A stretch of DNA of 64,000 nt, from assembly GCA_965225945.1 (NCBI GenBank), contig CBDDBZ010000034.1:224001-288000 (forward strand), written 5' to 3'. Below the pieces are notes generated by a model. The model worked only from the letters and a program-made list of their open reading frames with translations. It was not told where the DNA came from and searched no databases. The DNA comes from Alphaproteobacteria bacterium (GTDB lineage Bacteria; Pseudomonadota; Alphaproteobacteria; GCA-2731375). Of this stretch, positions 61,831 to 64,000 are shown one piece after another; the first letter of the stretch is position 1, and each line of letters begins with the position of its first letter. A program made the translations under genes and the position numbers.

Positions 61831-61976
61831 GAGCCAATGACCGGTTGGGATCAAGAACGAAACCGCTTTCAGCGGTAGTTCGTGGTGCCGGGCGGTGAGG
61901 TCGGTGGCGTAACGGATGGGTCGATCCTGTGTTGAGGTTTGGAGTTCCGAAGCTCACGCAACACGGGAGCAGACCC

Positions 61977-62882
61977 ATGACCGATAGTGACAAGACCATC
62001 AGCCCGCTGCGCCAGCGCATGATCGACGACATGGTGCTTCGCGGCTTCAGTGCCAACACGCAGCGCGGCTACATCAGTGCGGTGGCCGGCTTTTCCGACT
62101 TTCTCGCACGCTCTCCGGATCGGGCGGAGGCGGAGGATCTCAGGCGCTATCAAGTGCATATGCGCAAAGCAGGCGCATCGGCGACGACGATGAACGCGGC
62201 GGTCTCGGCATTGCGGTTCTTCTTCGGCGTCACGCTCGGCCGAGGCGACGCCGAGATCGGCATGACGACGGTGGCAATGCCGCGCAAGCTGCCGGTGATC
62301 CTGAGCGTCGAGGAAATGGCGCGGCTTCTCGATGCCGCCCCCGGTCCCAAATACAAGGCGGCCTTTTCGCTGGCCTATGGCGCCGGCCTGCGCGCTTCGG
62401 AGGTGGTCCATCTCAAGGTCCCGGACATCGACAGCAACCGCAAGACGCTTCGCATCGAGCAAGGTAAGGGCCGCCGAGATCGCTACGCCATGCTCTCGGA
62501 TCGCGCCGTCGAGCAGCTCAGGGTCTGGTGGTTGCTTGGCCGCGCCCGCGGCGTGATGCTGCCCGGCGGTTGGCTGTTTCCAGGCCAGAACCCGGTCAAC
62601 CCGTTGACCACCCGCCAGCTCCGTCGCGCCCTCGATGGCGCCAAGGCGGGGGCGGGGATCGAGAAGCGGATCTCGCTTCACACGCTGCGCCACTGCTTCG
62701 CCACCCATCTCCTCGAACAGGGCGTCGACATCCGCGTGATCCAGGTTCTACTGGGGCACAAGAAGCTGGAGACCACGGCTCACTACACCCAGGTCGCCAG
62801 CACCACCTTGCGGCGCGCCAAGAGCCCACTGGACCTGCTCGAGCCGCCGACGCCCAAGACCAAGCGCAAGCCGCCGAAGTGA
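61977..62882 (+). CDS. tyrosine recombinase/integrase with N-terminal SAM-like domain
   Basis: SPLRQRM, YGAGLR, GKG, HTLRHCFATH, LLGH, TTAHY catalytic set. Confidence 0.95.
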   Translation: MTDSDKTISPLRQRMIDDMVLRGFSANTQRGYISAVAGFSDFLARSPDRAEAEDLRRYQVHMRKAGASATTMNAAVSALRFFFGVTLGRGDAEIGMTTVAMPRKLPVILSVEEMARLLDAAPGPKYKAAFSLAYGAGLRASEVVHLKVPDIDSNRKTLRIEQGKGRRDRYAMLSDRAVEQLRVWWLLGRARGVMLPGGWLFPGQNPVNPLTTRQLRRALDGAKAGAGIEKRISLHTLRHCFATHLLEQGVDIRVIQVLLGHKKLETTAHYTQVASTTLRRAKSPLDLLEPPTPKTKRKPPK

Positions 62883-62895
62883 GCCGGCGGCCTCG

Positions 62896-63612
62896 GTGCC
62901 GCGTCCCGCGCTCGAGGTCCAGGACATCTTCCGCGACCACGGGCCCGGCTTCCGTCGGGCCCGGGCCGGTCGTCTGAGCCTCGGCCAACTGAAGGTCATG
63001 TCGGCGATCGAGTGTTGCCGCACCGCCGCGCTCGGCGGTCATGTCGCGGCCTGCGAGGACTGCGGGCAGAACCACATCGCCTACAATTCCTGTCGCAACC
63101 GCCATTGTCCCAAATGCCAAGGCCAGGTCGCGCGCGAATGGCTGGCGGCGCGAGAGGCCGAACTGCTCTCCGTCCCCTACTACCATCTCGTCTTCACCCT
63201 GCCAGCGGCGATCGCCGACATCGCCTATCAGAACAAGTCGGTGATCTACGATATCCTGTTCAAGGCGAGCGCCGAGACCATGCTCACCATCGCCGCCGAT
63301 CCCAAGCATCTCGGCGCCAAGATCGGCATCACCGCCGTGCTCCACACCTGGGGCTCGGCCATGACCCACCATCCCCACATCCACATGATCGTGCCGGGTG
63401 GCGGAATCTCACCTGACGGTAGCAGTTGGATCTCTTGCCGGCCCGGCTTCTTCCTGCCCGTCCGCGTGCTCTCGCGCCTCTTCCGCCGCCTCTTCATCGA
63501 GAAGCTCCTCGCCGCCCACGAGGCAGGGCGCCTGAAGTTCTTCACCGACCACACCAGCCTCGCCGAGCCGGCGGCCTTCCGTGTCTTCCTCGCACCGATG
63601 CGCAAACAAGAA
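62896..63612 (+). pseudogene. IS91 family transposase, cut by an IS1595 insertion
   Basis: CRT..LGGH, SCRNRHCPKC, HLVFTLP, LHTWG...HPHIH; similarity ends at MRKQE, before the YxxxY motif. Confidence 0.88.
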
Positions 63613-64000
63613 GGCTCAATTCGTGAATTGTATGCATTAGTGATAGAGTGCCTGGAACGTCAGGAGGTTGGGTTATGGACGGCAAGGGTCACGCAACCAG
63701 GTGTCAGCTTTCGGCAGGCGCGCGGGCTGACGCGCGCGCAGCGGCGCGAGGCGCTCGCGGTGCTGTCGGGCCGGAGCGAGGGCAGAGGCATCGAAGTTCC
63801 GCGATCGAGCGTTGGTGTGGACGAGGCCCGGCGCGGTGTCCGCGCTGCCGCGAGCGAAGGGGCGGAAAACTTCGCGCGGTATGGCGCGGGGTCTGCGGCG
63901 CTACCAGTGCAAGTCTCGCTGCCGCAGGACCTTCAACCGCGCTGAGCGGTACGCCGCTGTCGGGCTTGCACCACAAGGAACGCTGGCTGTCGTTCGGGGC
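63613..64000 (+). mobile_element. IS1595 family element, left part, frameshifted, runs off the window
   Basis: Fragments RGMARGLRRYQCK..CRRTFN and ALSGTPLSGLHHKERWLSFG (Zn-ribbon N-terminus); GGC start. Confidence 0.72.

Larger units (their letters stand above)
61837..63612 (+). mobile_element. integrase plus IS91-like (Y2/HUH) transposase element, interrupted
   Basis: Tyrosine recombinase directly followed by an IS91-type transposase; hairpin upstream of int; left boundary inferred. Confidence 0.75.

Overview
High-GC alphaproteobacterial (Rhodospirillales-like) chromosome window. The left half (1-32 kb) is mostly housekeeping: lpoA-like/rsmI/yraN/BON, an M17 peptidase, ribF, rlmD-tlyA-dxs-ispA-xseB, ampG, qor and ogt. 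The right half is accessory or catabolic: desaturase, penicillin acylase, hydantoinase A/B, two DapA-family lyases, DUF3604, arsM, MlaC-like, enoyl-CoA hydratase and a CoA transferase. The window shows ongoing erosion: cheY split by an IS, a stop at the catalytic Gln of cheZ, a double stop in the acylase, several frameshifted or truncated relics, and proteins that have lost catalytic residues. Mobile DNA delimited from the sequence: two intact 1223-bp ISAba1-like IS4 copies with 9-bp TSDs plus a garbled third copy; a 4135-bp four-gene IS21-family element (Zn-finger, IstA, IstB, DUF3991/Toprim) with a 6-bp TSD; a 746-bp transposase-less IS1595-type cassette with 43-bp perfect IRs and an 8-bp TSD; and an integrase plus IS91-like transposase element interrupted by an IS1595. 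The most novel-looking signal is a diverged ~237-bp non-coding direct repeat (40763-41753, 42713-42949). Each copy precedes an unrelated passenger gene and carries DnaA/IHF-like boxes and a -10-like motif. Its end motif resembles the sequence upstream of the integrase/IS91 element, suggesting a gene-cassette capture system (inference). No rRNA, tRNA or CRISPR array was recognised.
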